DNA of 64,000 nucleotides from Rikenellaceae bacterium (GCA_047173105.1 JBCQVM010000005.1:2863-66862), one strand, 5' to 3'; shown: positions 30,474 through 40,693, counted from the first letter of the stretch. Numbers and translations: made by a program. Notes: generated by a model not told the origin, from the sequence alone.

Positions 30474-30902
30474 ATGTCGCTGAGTCGTAGCATAATACCC
30501 CTTCTGCTGCTTCTTTTGATGGGCTGCAACAAGGATAACATCCTCTCCAAGGTGGTCGAGGTCGACCCCGAGGGGTGGCTCTCGCCTGCGGTGCTTCACT
30601 TCGAGGTCGACCAGAGTTGGTCTGGCTTCGATATGGAACTCATCATGCGCTGCGTGCAACTCACAGGTGTCGACTCCGTTGAGCTTATGGTGAGCACCAC
30701 TACCCCCGATGGGGTGCTATGGAGCGAGCCCTTTACCCTCTACCCCATCTCTGATGGGCAGGATGTAGAGATCGTGGAGATACCCTACCGCACCTCGATC
30801 GAGTGGTCGCAGGAGGGTCGATACACCCTCTCAATTCAACCCTTAGAAGCCTACAAGGGTATCACGGCCGTGGGCGCCAATATCATCTTTCAGGACAAAT
30901 AA
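30474..30902 (+). CDS. GldH-like lipoprotein
   Basis: The ATG at 30474 gives MSLSRSIIPLLLLLLMGC (lipobox), 142 aa. Position directly after the PSP1 gene, as I recall for gldH in Bacteroidota. The upstream part of track ORF 30123..30902 is an out-of-frame read of the PSP1 tail. Confidence 0.6.
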   Translation: MSLSRSIIPLLLLLLMGCNKDNILSKVVEVDPEGWLSPAVLHFEVDQSWSGFDMELIMRCVQLTGVDSVELMVSTTTPDGVLWSEPFTLYPISDGQDVEIVEIPYRTSIEWSQEGRYTLSIQPLEAYKGITAVGANIIFQDK

Positions 30903-30913
30903 ACAAAATATAA

Positions 30914-31687
30914 ATGGGAAAAGATAAACTGCGCAAATTTGCAGAGAACCTAACTTTCGACTGCTTCGTGCAGCCCGAATTCGAAGATATATACCTCAAA
31001 GATCACCCGCTCAAAGGGCATTGGGCAGAGGAGTTTTTCGGCAACGGCAAGCCAATAATTCTCGAATTGGGGTGTGGTAAAGGCGAGTACACCGTGGCTT
31101 TAGCCTCGCGCGATGAGTCGCATAACTACATCGGAATAGATATCAAAGGTGCCCGCATGTGGCGCGGAGCTAAGCAGGCTACCTCTGCCGGGATGACCAA
31201 CGTGGGATTCCTGCGCACACGCATCGAATTTATCAACTCCTTCTTCGCACCGGGCGAGATCGCCGAGATCTGGATAACATTCCCCGATCCGCAGCTCAAG
31301 CGCCGACGCGCCAAGAAGCGCCTCACATCGCCCCTATTCTTGGAGCGCTACGCACAGATGCTCACTGCGGATGGCGTAATTAACCTCAAGAGCGACTCGA
31401 AACACCTCTATGGCTACACCCAAGAGGTGATTCACCACTTCTCATTGCCACTCGAGGTGGCTAACGACGACATCTACGGCTCGGGATACGCCGACCAAAC
31501 CCTCTCGGTGAAGACCGCTTACGAGGATATGTTCCTCCGCCGTGGTCTGCCCATAACATACACCCGATTCGGACTGGACGGCAAGACTCAATTCCCCCAC
31601 TTCGAATGGGAAGAGGACGATAAACTCAAAGAGGAGAAAGATAACGAAATCGAGCGCGCCGGGATGCCTAAGAATACCAGCTTGTAG
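30914..31687 (+). CDS. trmB: tRNA (guanine46-N7)-methyltransferase
   Basis: 257 aa. ELGCGKGEY SAM motif, GIDIKG, FPDPQ/W.KRR..KRL. Confidence 0.9.
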   Translation: MGKDKLRKFAENLTFDCFVQPEFEDIYLKDHPLKGHWAEEFFGNGKPIILELGCGKGEYTVALASRDESHNYIGIDIKGARMWRGAKQATSAGMTNVGFLRTRIEFINSFFAPGEIAEIWITFPDPQLKRRRAKKRLTSPLFLERYAQMLTADGVINLKSDSKHLYGYTQEVIHHFSLPLEVANDDIYGSGYADQTLSVKTAYEDMFLRRGLPITYTRFGLDGKTQFPHFEWEEDDKLKEEKDNEIERAGMPKNTSL

Positions 31688-31695
31688 TCTTTTTT

Positions 31696-31741
31696 GGGGA
31701 CTGCCTCCGGCGGGCAGGGATTGCACCCCGCGGATGCGCAC
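31696..31741 (+). repeat. family-B GC-rich element (degenerate copy), 9 nt after the trmB stop
   Basis: GGGGACTGCCTCCGGCGGGCAGGGATTGCACCCCGCGGATGCGCAC followed by a T-rich run. Confidence 0.75.
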
Positions 31742-31790
31742 TTTTTCTTGGGTTTTCTCTTAAGAGGATCCGCAAGAAACCAAATCTAAC

Positions 31791-31821
31791 TTTGGCATTA
31801 CGAGAATTTGTATTACCTTTG
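31791..31821 (+). promoter_or_regulatory. Bacteroidota-type promoter upstream of tatA (TTTG-N19-TACCTTTG)
   Basis: TTTG at 31791-31794 and TACCTTTG at 31814-31821, 27 nt before the tatA ATG. Confidence 0.55.
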
Positions 31822-31847
31822 TAATAAGCGTAAAAAAAAATTAAATT

Positions 31848-32072
31848 ATGAAACTACTATTTATAGGTGGGCTACGACTCCCCGAGATTCTTTTTTTGGC
31901 AGTGATTATACTATTGCTTTTTGGTGGTAAGAAGATCCCCGAGCTAATGAAGGGGATTGGACAGGGTGTGCGCAGCTTCAAGGAGGGCGTGAACGACATC
32001 TCGAGCGAGGGCAAAGCCGACGACAGCACAAAGAACACAACGGCACCAACCAAGGATAAGGACGAGGAGTAG
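31848..32072 (+). CDS. tatA: twin-arginine translocase TatA/E family subunit
   Basis: 74 aa. TM helix followed by [25 protein letters not shown]. Confidence 0.88.
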   Translation: MKLLFIGGLRLPEILFLAVIILLLFGGKKIPELMKGIGQGVRSFKEGVNDISSEGKADDSTKNTTAPTKDKDEE

Positions 32073-32878
32073 TGTCGGCAAATGAGCTAACATTCTGGGA
32101 TCACCTCGACGAGCTACGCGGTGTGTTGATACGCATTGCGGTGGCTGTGGTGGTGTGTGGATGTGTGGCCTTTGGATTTAAGGATCAGCTTTTTGGGGTG
32201 ATCTTTGCGGCGCAAGATAGTGATTTTGTGACCTATAGGCTCTTCGAGGCGCTCTCTTTTGGGGCGGACTCCATCGATGCTTTCTCGGTCAATTTGATCA
32301 GCACGCAGCTCACGCAGCAGTTCTCGACACACCTTTCGGTCTCGATGTGGGTCGGCTTCTTGGTGGTCTTTCCCTACATTCTTTTCGAGCTTTTTCGATT
32401 TATCTCGCCGGCACTTTACGCTACTGAGCGGCGCTATGCAGCGGGGGTCATCTGGTGGGGATATATCATGTTTGTCGTTGGTGTTGCCGTGAGTTACTTC
32501 CTGATTTTTCCGCTCACCTTTCGCTTTTTGGCCAACTATCAGGTTAGCGCAAGCGTGGAGAATATGATCGCTCTGGACTCCTACATCGGCACGTTGGTCA
32601 CCCTCTGCATGATGATGGGAGTGCTCTTCGAGCTACCTATCCTCTGTTGGTTCTTTGCCAAGTTGGGCTTCCTCACGGCAGATATGATGCGCAACTATCG
32701 GCGCTATGCCATTGTAGTTTTGTTATTTATCTCGGCTCTAATCACCCCCACGGCCGATGTAATAACTATGGTTTTGGTGGCGCTACCAATCTACCTGCTC
32801 TACGAAGTTAGCATTATTATAGTTGGTCAGGCAGTCAAGGAGGCAACGACGGCCAAGCGAAAAGTAGATAAAAAATAA
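32072..32878 (+). CDS. tatC: twin-arginine translocase subunit TatC
   Basis: 268 aa, six TM helices. FWDHLDELR start motif. GTG start overlaps the tatA stop by 1 nt. Confidence 0.9.
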   Translation: MSANELTFWDHLDELRGVLIRIAVAVVVCGCVAFGFKDQLFGVIFAAQDSDFVTYRLFEALSFGADSIDAFSVNLISTQLTQQFSTHLSVSMWVGFLVVFPYILFELFRFISPALYATERRYAAGVIWWGYIMFVVGVAVSYFLIFPLTFRFLANYQVSASVENMIALDSYIGTLVTLCMMMGVLFELPILCWFFAKLGFLTADMMRNYRRYAIVVLLFISALITPTADVITMVLVALPIYLLYEVSIIIVGQAVKEATTAKRKVDKK

Positions 32879-32976
32879 GATTGCTAATAATTTTAATGAA
32901 ATTATTGGCGTTTCTTGAAAATATTTTGTTATCTTTGAAGTCAATTTAGAGAAAAATAAACAATTTAAATAAACAT

Positions 32977-35004
32977 ATGGCAAGTTTAAACACGCTACGA
33001 ACCAAATTTGGTTATGTGCTTTCGGCAGTTATCGCCTTCGCACTTTTGGCTTTTATCTTCTCTTTGAAGAACGATATGGGCTTCACTAACAGCGACCCTA
33101 AGGTCGGAGAAATCAATTCAGAGGATGTAATGTACTCTGAGTACTACGCTGAGTATCAGTCGGTAAAAGCTCAATCGGGTGCTACCGAGTCGACAGAGCA
33201 AGAGGCAGCAGCACTCGCTAATGCAACTTGGCAGTCTATGATCAACAAGAAGCTCCTCACTCCGGGCTTCGAGCAGTTGGGACTCTCGCTGAGCGAGGCT
33301 GAGCGCATGGCGATCATCAATGGCGAGCTCTATACCCAATCGTTCGCTTCGGCTTTCACCGATCCCACGACTGGCGTCTACGATGTAGCTTACATCGCCG
33401 ACTTCCTATCGCAGGCAGCGCTTTACCCCGAGGCAGAGGCTGCTTGGGTAGCTCTCAACGCACAGGCTCGCGACGAGCGCTCGGCAATGAAGTTCGGAGC
33501 CCTTGTTCGCAACGGAGTATATGTCAACAAGTTGGAGGTTGCACAAGGTGTGATGTCTGCTAACAACACTCACTCAGGTCAGTTCGTTAGCAAGAGCTAT
33601 ACTTCGGTGCCCGACTCACTCGTTTCGGTATCTGATGCCGAGATCAAGAAGTACTACAACTCACACAAGAACTCCTACAAGAAGAGCCCTTCGCGCTCAA
33701 TTAGCTACGTTACATTCAACTTCGAGCCTACGGCGCAGGATATCGTCAATATCGAAAACACTGCACTTAACGCAAGCAAGGAGTTGGCTGCTGCTGAGGA
33801 TATTAAGCAATATATTCGTGGTAACCTCAATGGTTCGATCTCGAATAACTATATGTCGACCACTCAACTTGGCGACGAGCAGGCTGCTGCCCTCGCTGCA
33901 GGTACGATGTATGGCCCGGTGAACAACAACAACGTCTGGACAATGTCGCGCGTAGTGAACTCAATGATCGTTCCCGACTCGATCGGCGCTCGCCACATCG
34001 TTCTCAACTATGATCAAGATGCTTTGGCTGACAGCCTTTTGGTAGCTCTCAGGGGTGGCGCGTCATTTGCAGATGCTGCTCTTACGCACTCTATCTATGC
34101 TCAAACAGCACAGGTTGGTGGCGAGGTTGGTGTAATGCCATTCTCATCTTTCACCGACGCATTTATCCCCGCACTCGCTACTGCTAAGCGTGGCGATATC
34201 GTCAAGGTGAACACCGGCAGCATGATCCAGCTTATCGAGGTGTATCGCGCTGACCGTGGCAAACGTCACTACCAAGTAGCGACCGTGGAGTATCCCGTAG
34301 AGGCTTCGGAGGCTACTATCGGCACCCTTCACAGCGACGCAGGTATGTTCTCGATCGCTGCGGCTGGTTCGCTCGACAAGTTCAACGCAGCTGCTACCGA
34401 GCAAGGTAGCGTGGCTCGCACAGCTTCACTCACCGCTGGTGAGCGCACAATCCGCACTATTGTTGACTCTCGCCAAATCGCTCGTTGGGCATACGGCGCT
34501 AAGGTGGGTGAGATCTCGGAGATCTTCAAGACCGACAACGGATATGTAGTGGCAATGCTCACTGCAATCGACAACGAGGAGTACCGCTCACTCGCTGAGG
34601 TATCGACCGCAATCCGCTCAACTCTACTTCGCGAGAAAAAGTTTGCAGTAGCTGCTAAGTCGCTCGCAGGTGCATCGCTCGAGGCAATCGCCGAGGCTAA
34701 CGACACAGAGGTCAAGACGTTCGAGAATGTGAAGTTCTCATCGCAATATGTTCCCGGCCTTGGTATGGAGCCTAAGGTGATTGGCGCAATAACTCTTGGT
34801 GCAGTGAGCTCTCTCGAGCCTATCGAGGGTAATAACGCAGCCTACGTAGTTGTGGTCGACCCAGTAGTCACAACCGAGGATCAAACCGCAGCAATGGAGC
34901 GCGCACGTGCACAAGCTACTCAAGAGGATCGCACACAGCAATATATCTTCAACGCCCTCCAAGAGATGGCAAGCATCAAGGACTTGCGCGGCGAGTTCTT
35001 CTAA
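32977..35004 (+). CDS. PpiD-like periplasmic chaperone / peptidyl-prolyl isomerase (SurA_N plus parvulin-like)
   Basis: 675 aa. N-terminal anchor MASLNTLRTKFGYVLSAVIAFALLAFIF, then a long helical chaperone region. Confidence 0.78.
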   Translation: MASLNTLRTKFGYVLSAVIAFALLAFIFSLKNDMGFTNSDPKVGEINSEDVMYSEYYAEYQSVKAQSGATESTEQEAAALANATWQSMINKKLLTPGFEQLGLSLSEAERMAIINGELYTQSFASAFTDPTTGVYDVAYIADFLSQAALYPEAEAAWVALNAQARDERSAMKFGALVRNGVYVNKLEVAQGVMSANNTHSGQFVSKSYTSVPDSLVSVSDAEIKKYYNSHKNSYKKSPSRSISYVTFNFEPTAQDIVNIENTALNASKELAAAEDIKQYIRGNLNGSISNNYMSTTQLGDEQAAALAAGTMYGPVNNNNVWTMSRVVNSMIVPDSIGARHIVLNYDQDALADSLLVALRGGASFADAALTHSIYAQTAQVGGEVGVMPFSSFTDAFIPALATAKRGDIVKVNTGSMIQLIEVYRADRGKRHYQVATVEYPVEASEATIGTLHSDAGMFSIAAAGSLDKFNAAATEQGSVARTASLTAGERTIRTIVDSRQIARWAYGAKVGEISEIFKTDNGYVVAMLTAIDNEEYRSLAEVSTAIRSTLLREKKFAVAAKSLAGASLEAIAEANDTEVKTFENVKFSSQYVPGLGMEPKVIGAITLGAVSSLEPIEGNNAAYVVVVDPVVTTEDQTAAMERARAQATQEDRTQQYIFNALQEMASIKDLRGEFF

Positions 35005-35015
35005 ATCGCTTCGGA

Positions 35016-35106
35016 CTGCCTTTCGAGCTGCCCTTTCAAGTTGCCCTTTTGAGCTGCTTTGGGTCTGCCTCCGGCGGGCGGGGATTGCACCCCCGCGGGT
35101 GCGTAC
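35016..35106 (+). repeat. family-B element preceded by ~4 degenerate 13-bp tandem copies of its CTGCC terminus, after the ppiD-like stop
   Basis: CTGCCTTTCGAG CTGCCCTTTCAAG TTGCCCTTTTGAG CTGCTTTGGGT, then CTGCCTCCGGCGGGCGGGGATTGCACCCCCGCGGGTGCGTAC. Confidence 0.78.
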
Positions 35107-35261
35107 TTCCTCTTGCGCTTTTGGGCTTATAGCTTGCAGCTATAGATTTCGGACTTAATATTTTATACTTACAAGCGTGGCTTGACGTATAAAATATTAA
35201 GTCCGAAATTCTTTTAAGCTCCAAAGGAGCTTAAAACCCAAAACCGAGGTTGACCCCACAT

Positions 35262-35577
35262 GCGTCATTCCCGACTTTCCCCAACACGTCATTCCCGACT
35301 CGATCGGGAATCTTAATTCATTAAGCCACATTGCATTTGCATAAGATTCCCGTTTTCACGGGAATGACGTACTGAATACCAAATCCAACACGTCATTCCC
35401 GACTTAATCCCAACACGTTATTCCCGACTTAATCCCAACACGTTATTCCCAACTTAATCCCAACACGTTATTCCCAACTTTACCCCTACACGTCATTCCC
35501 GACTCGATCGGGAATCTTAATTCTATAATCGCGTTACAAAAAGCACGTCATTCCTGTGAAAACGGGAATGACGTGCT
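35262..35577. repeat. composite family-A array: an inverted complete element (35286-35370), 25-bp x4 tandem terminus copies (35386-35485), a solo half element, and a near-perfect palindrome (35542-35577)
   Basis: Direct reading of the sequence. This is the largest non-coding gap in the window (35005-35660). Confidence 0.88.
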
Positions 35578-35660
35578 ATATACTTAATCGAAACCGGACT
35601 ACCTCTGCAACTCGTTGAGGGTCTAAGCACCAAAGATGCTTAGAAACCAAGAAATCCGCC

Positions 35661-36614
35661 CTAAAGCTTGATATCGTAAATCTGGATAATGCCCTGCAAG
35701 TGGCGTGCCGAATCGGTGATTAGCAGCGAGTTGATCTTATGCTTGGTCATTATTTTCTCGGCTGTTATTAGCTTCTCATCGGCACTGATTGTGATGGGGT
35801 TACGTGTGGCGATGTCGGCTGCCGAGATCTTAAAGAAGTCGGCTTCGCGGCTCTCCATTGCGCGGCGGATATCGCCATCGGTGATTATTCCCACTACCTC
35901 TTGAAGCTCGTCGCAGATCACAAGTTGGCCTAAGCCTCCGCGGCTCATAAGGTGGATCATATCCTTTGCTGAGCAGTGGGGGGAGGCTATGGGCAGATCA
36001 CTGCTACGCATAACGTTACCTACGTTGAGTAGCAGGCGACGACCCAGACTGCCTCCGGGGTGAAGTCGTGCAAAGTCGAGGCTGGTGAACTCACGGATCT
36101 TCATCAGTGCCACGGCCAATGCGTCGCCCATCACAAGCTGTGCAGTGGTCGACGATGTCGGTGCAAGGTTCAGAATGCATGCCTCGTGATCCACCGCTAT
36201 GCTTAGGTGAATATCCGAGTTCTTGGCCAATGTCGAGTTGGGGTTTCCGGTCATCGAGATCAACGTATTGCCGTTTGAGTGGATGAAGGGAACGATTTTA
36301 AGTACCTCGTCGCTCTCGCCCGAGTATGATGCTGCGAGGATCACATCCTCCTTGGAGATCATTCCCAAATCGCCATGGAATGCCTCGGCAGGGTGGAGGA
36401 AGAAGCTGGGAGTGCCGGTCGAAGCGAGTGTCGCAGCGATCTTCTTGCTGATAAGTCCCGATTTACCCATTCCTGTGAAGATCACTTTGCCTCTTGATGC
36501 GAGGATCACTTCGACAGCTTTGGTAAACTGCGAGTCGAGGTTTGATTCGAGGGCTTGGAGAGCTTCGATCTCGGTTTGGATCGTGGAGCGAGCTAAGGAG
36601 AGTGTATCTATCAT
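35661..36614 (-). CDS. kdsD: KpsF/GutQ-family arabinose-5-phosphate isomerase
   Basis: 317 aa. SIS domain (GMGKSG, SYSGES) plus tandem CBS domains. Confidence 0.9.
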   Translation of the reverse strand: MIDTLSLARSTIQTEIEALQALESNLDSQFTKAVEVILASRGKVIFTGMGKSGLISKKIAATLASTGTPSFFLHPAEAFHGDLGMISKEDVILAASYSGESDEVLKIVPFIHSNGNTLISMTGNPNSTLAKNSDIHLSIAVDHEACILNLAPTSSTTAQLVMGDALAVALMKIREFTSLDFARLHPGGSLGRRLLLNVGNVMRSSDLPIASPHCSAKDMIHLMSRGGLGQLVICDELQEVVGIITDGDIRRAMESREADFFKISAADIATRNPITISADEKLITAEKIMTKHKINSLLITDSARHLQGIIQIYDIKL

Positions 36615-36620
36615 ATTATG

Positions 36621-37370
36621 TTATTTTATCAAATCACCAATTAGCGTTTTCAGATTGTCTAACTGCAACATATTCGCGGCGTCACTCATCCCTCTATCGG
36701 GATCGGGATGCACCTCAAGGAAATATCCATTGGCACCAAAAGCCTTGGCTGCCATCGCCATTGCGGGGACAAATTCGCGATTGCCGCCCGTCTTTCCTCC
36801 TGCTGCACCGGGGCGCTGCACGGAGTGGGTGCAATCCATAATCACCGTTGGAGCAATCTTGAGCATATCGGGTATATTGCGGAAGTCGACCACTAAGTTA
36901 TTGTATCCGAAGCTATTGCCACGCTCAGTGAGCCACACTTCGGCAGCACCCGACTCCATCGCCTTTTGATAGGGGTAGAGCATATCTTCGCCCGAGAGGA
37001 ACTGCGCTTTTTTGATATTTACGATCTTGCCGCTCTTTGCCGCTGCGATCAGCAGGTCGGTCTGGCGGCAGAGGAAAGCAGGGATCTGCAACACGTCGCA
37101 CACTGCGCCGGCAGCCTCAGCTTGGTACGACTCATGAATGTCGGTGAGGATCTTAAGCCCCCAACGGCTCTTCACGTCGGCGAGCATCTGCAATCCGCGC
37201 TCCAAGCCCACACCGCGGTATGAGCCAAGTGAAGTGCGGTTAGCCTTGTCGAATGAGGCCTTGAAGATGATGTCGGTGCCCAACTCTTGGTTTATTTCGA
37301 CCAACTTTGCCGCTACGGTGTCGAGTAATTCGGCCGACTCGATCACACAAGGCCCTGCGATAAATTTCAT
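36621..37370 (-). CDS. kdsA: 3-deoxy-8-phosphooctulonate synthase
   Basis: 249 aa. FKASFDKANR.S..SYRG, IPAFLCRQTDL, and DCTHSVQ motifs matching KdsA. Confidence 0.92.
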   Translation of the reverse strand: MKFIAGPCVIESAELLDTVAAKLVEINQELGTDIIFKASFDKANRTSLGSYRGVGLERGLQMLADVKSRWGLKILTDIHESYQAEAAGAVCDVLQIPAFLCRQTDLLIAAAKSGKIVNIKKAQFLSGEDMLYPYQKAMESGAAEVWLTERGNSFGYNNLVVDFRNIPDMLKIAPTVIMDCTHSVQRPGAAGGKTGGNREFVPAMAMAAKAFGANGYFLEVHPDPDRGMSDAANMLQLDNLKTLIGDLIK

Positions 37371-37374
37371 ATTT

Positions 37375-38130
37375 TTACTCTTTTATTCCTTGTAGATACT
37401 CCTCGGCAGCCCTCAGGTCGTCGGGGGTGTCAATTCCTATTGTTTCGATATTTGTAATGCCCACACCGATCTGGTAGCCATTCTCCAACCATCGCAGCTG
37501 CTCTAACGATTCGGCAACTTCGAGTGGTGATTGTGGCAGGGCAGTCACCGCTGCAAGTGCCTCGGTGCGAAAGGCATACATGCCAATATGTTTGTAGAAA
37601 GTGTGCTGCGCGAGCCACTCCCCGCGCTCCACACCACGTAGGTAGGGCACTACCGAACGCGAGAAGTAGAGGGCGCGGCTACGCTGATCTAAAACCACCT
37701 TTGGTGAGTTGGGGTTCTCCAACTTCTCGATCCCATCGCTCGGGGCGAAGGGCTTGACAAGGGTAGCGATATCAACCTCACTTTGATCGAAGCAGTCGAG
37801 GATCGAGCAGATCTGCTCAGCAGCGATAAAGGGCTCATCCCCCTGCACGTTGACCACTACATCGGCCTCGATGGCGCACTTGGTGTAGGCCTCGTAGCAG
37901 CGGTCTGTACCGCTCTTGTGGTGCTCGGAGGTCATTATAGCGCGACCACCAAACGAAGTGACACATGTGGCAATACGCTCATCGTCGGTAGCTACAAAGA
38001 CTTCGGGGATAACCTCGCTGACCTTGCGATAGACGCGCTCGATCACAGTCATCGACCCCAACTTGGCCAAAGGTTTGGCTGGGAAGCGGGTCGAGGCGTA
38101 TCGTGCGGGAATGATTGCTACTACTCTCAT
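37375..38130 (-). CDS. kdsB: 3-deoxy-manno-octulosonate cytidylyltransferase
   Basis: 251 aa. IIPARYASTRFP.KPL, VNVQGDEP, LEQLR.LENG. Confidence 0.92.
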   Translation of the reverse strand: MRVVAIIPARYASTRFPAKPLAKLGSMTVIERVYRKVSEVIPEVFVATDDERIATCVTSFGGRAIMTSEHHKSGTDRCYEAYTKCAIEADVVVNVQGDEPFIAAEQICSILDCFDQSEVDIATLVKPFAPSDGIEKLENPNSPKVVLDQRSRALYFSRSVVPYLRGVERGEWLAQHTFYKHIGMYAFRTEALAAVTALPQSPLEVAESLEQLRWLENGYQIGVGITNIETIGIDTPDDLRAAEEYLQGIKE

Positions 38131-38136
38131 TGTCTG

Positions 38137-40566
38137 CTATTTATTAAGTGCTAATTCGAGTACCTGTTCGTTGGTGCTGACATAGTGGAACGTAAGCCCC
38201 TCGAGGTAGTTCTCTTTGATCTCCATGATATCTTTGCGGTTCTCCTCGCAGAGGATTATAGTGGTGATTCCGGCGCGCTTAGCGGCCAAGATCTTCTCCT
38301 TGATACCTCCCACCGGTGTTACGCGACCGCGTAGGGTGGTCTCGCCAGTCATCGCAATGCGATCCTTCACGGTGCGCGAAGTGTAGGTCGAGACGATCGA
38401 AGTGATCATGGTGATACCTGCCGAAGGACCATCCTTGGGGATTGCTCCCTCGGGAACGTGGATATTCAAATCGGTCGACTCGAAGATGGCAGGATCGATA
38501 CCAAGCGCGACGTGGTGTGCCATTACCCACTCGTGGGCGATGGTTGCCGACTCCTTCATCACTTGGCCTAAGTTACCAGTCATATTGATTTTGCCCTTGC
38601 CGGGTGTAAGTAGCGATTCGATATAGAGGATATCGCCCCCAACCTCAGTCCAAGCCAATCCCGTCACAACCCCCTTGAGTCCGGCGATGTTGTATTGCTC
38701 GCGGCTGAATTTAGGTACACCGAGGATCTTTTCGACCTCGCCGGTGTCAACTGTCTGCTCGTATCTCTCCTCGAATGCGATATTCTTGGCACGTGTACGA
38801 GCTAACTTAGCGATCTGCTTATCCAAAGCACGCACGCCCGATTCGCGGGTGTACTCCGAGATGATCTTCTCGATGCTCTTCTCGGGGATGCAAAGCTCCG
38901 CTCGATCTACTCCGTGGGCATCGCACTGCTTGGGGATAAGGTGGCACGAGGCGATCTGGATCTTCTCCTCGAGCAGATATCCCGCAATATTGATCATCTC
39001 CATACGGTCACGAAGCGCAGGGTTGATATTGGCTATATTGTTGGCCGTAGCTATGAAAAGTACCTTCGAGAGGTCATACTCCTTGTCGAGGTAATTATCG
39101 TGGAATGTGGTATTCTGCTCTGGATCTAACACCTCCAAAAGTGCACTCGAGGGGTCTCCATGGTTGCTCACGGTGATCTTATCCACCTCGTCGAGGATGA
39201 TAACAGGGTTCGACGAACCGCAACGCTTGATGGTCTGAATGATGCGACCCGGCATTGCGCCGATATATGTACGACGGTGGCCACGGATCTCCGATTCGTC
39301 GTGCACACCACCCAAAGCGATACGTCCAAACTTACGCTCCAAAGCCTCGGCAACTGATTTTCCGAGCGAGGTCTTACCCACACCGGGGGCACCATAGAGA
39401 CATATGATAGGCGATTTGAGATCACCCTTGAGTTTGAGTACCGCTAAGTGCTCCAAGATACGCTCCTTGACCTCCTCCAATCCGAAGTGGTCAGCATCGA
39501 GGCGAGCTCGCACCGCGTTGAGATCGAAGTTGTCGGTGGTGGTAACCTGCCACGGAAGATCCAACATAAGTTGGAGATAGTTCATTTGTACCGAATATTC
39601 GGCCACGCCGGGGTTCAATCGTTCTAACTTAGCGAGCTCCTTGTCGAAATGTTCGCTGATCTCCTCCGACCATTTCATCTTGGCTGCCGCCTCCTGCATG
39701 CGCTCGATGTCGCCATCGGTGCCCTCGCCCAATTCGTCTTGGATTGTGCGCATCTGCTGTTGGAGGTAGTAGTCGCGCTGTTGGCGGTCGATCTCCATCT
39801 TGACTTTGTTCTGGATGTCGTTCTTAAGCTCGATATATTGCTGCTCGCGAATCAAGATCTCGAGGAGCTTGCGCGTGCGTGCCAACAGACCGGGAGCCTC
39901 GAGGAGCGATTGGCGGTCGGCATCCGAGAATTCGATATTGGTACAGATAAAGTTAACTATACCGCGTTTCGAGTCGATATTCTTGATGGCGAAAGCTGCC
40001 TCCTTGGGCATCATATTCGAGATATTGATAATCTCGAGCGCAATATCGCGCACCGAGTCAACAAGGGCATCGATCTCGACACTCTCGCTCTCGATAGATG
40101 TATCGCGCAAAACCTTGACGATAGCCGTAAAGTAGGGCTCAGTGGAGATGTAGCGCTCCACCTCGATCTTCTCCAATCCGTTGAGAATCACGCTCAATGA
40201 GCCATTACCCAAGTCGAGGATTTTGATGATACGCGCAGCAGTTCCCACACGATACATATCCGATGGTAGTGGCTCATCGATCGAACCATCGCGTTGCAGA
40301 ACGGCACCAAGGATACCTCCCGAGGCATTTACCTCGCGCACTAACTGCATGCTCTTGTCGCGTCCAACGGTGATCGAGGTGATCGAGCCGGGGAAAAGAA
40401 CCGAGCTGCGCAGCGTGAGAATCGGAATAGAATCGGGGATTGGCACCTCCTGATAATTCTCATCGTCGCCTGTGATAATCGGGATTACTTTATGTTTGCC
40501 ATCAAAGAGATCGGGTAGTGCATTAAGGTCGTCGATCTCGATTGCATCTATTTTTTTCTTTGCCAT
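38137..40566 (-). CDS. lon: ATP-dependent endopeptidase La (Lon)
   Basis: 809 aa. LON N-domain, AAA+ (GAPGVGKTS), protease domain with DGPSAG. Confidence 0.96.
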   Translation of the reverse strand: MAKKKIDAIEIDDLNALPDLFDGKHKVIPIITGDDENYQEVPIPDSIPILTLRSSVLFPGSITSITVGRDKSMQLVREVNASGGILGAVLQRDGSIDEPLPSDMYRVGTAARIIKILDLGNGSLSVILNGLEKIEVERYISTEPYFTAIVKVLRDTSIESESVEIDALVDSVRDIALEIINISNMMPKEAAFAIKNIDSKRGIVNFICTNIEFSDADRQSLLEAPGLLARTRKLLEILIREQQYIELKNDIQNKVKMEIDRQQRDYYLQQQMRTIQDELGEGTDGDIERMQEAAAKMKWSEEISEHFDKELAKLERLNPGVAEYSVQMNYLQLMLDLPWQVTTTDNFDLNAVRARLDADHFGLEEVKERILEHLAVLKLKGDLKSPIICLYGAPGVGKTSLGKSVAEALERKFGRIALGGVHDESEIRGHRRTYIGAMPGRIIQTIKRCGSSNPVIILDEVDKITVSNHGDPSSALLEVLDPEQNTTFHDNYLDKEYDLSKVLFIATANNIANINPALRDRMEMINIAGYLLEEKIQIASCHLIPKQCDAHGVDRAELCIPEKSIEKIISEYTRESGVRALDKQIAKLARTRAKNIAFEERYEQTVDTGEVEKILGVPKFSREQYNIAGLKGVVTGLAWTEVGGDILYIESLLTPGKGKINMTGNLGQVMKESATIAHEWVMAHHVALGIDPAIFESTDLNIHVPEGAIPKDGPSAGITMITSIVSTYTSRTVKDRIAMTGETTLRGRVTPVGGIKEKILAAKRAGITTIILCEENRKDIMEIKENYLEGLTFHYVSTNEQVLELALNK

Positions 40567-40693
40567 ACGTCTGTTTTTCGTATAAATTAAATTTAAAAAA
40601 ATGGGCTAAAAAATTGTTTATTATTAGCCAGATAGGTGGAAAGCGATATTATCACTTTCCACCTACGTTGTAACTCACTATCTACTCGACGCA

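Noticed and set aside
30084-30659. Long ORFs on the minus strand (30084..30659, 30116..30550), and the 5' part of 30123..30902 (+).
   Set aside because: They overlap the low-complexity RGG/N-rich tail of the PSP1 gene, and biased repeats keep all frames open. The real downstream gene starts at 30474 with a lipoprotein signal.
36223-36969. 248-aa ORF on the plus strand.
   Set aside because: It is antisense to well-supported kdsD and kdsA, spans their intergenic junction, and resembles no known protein.
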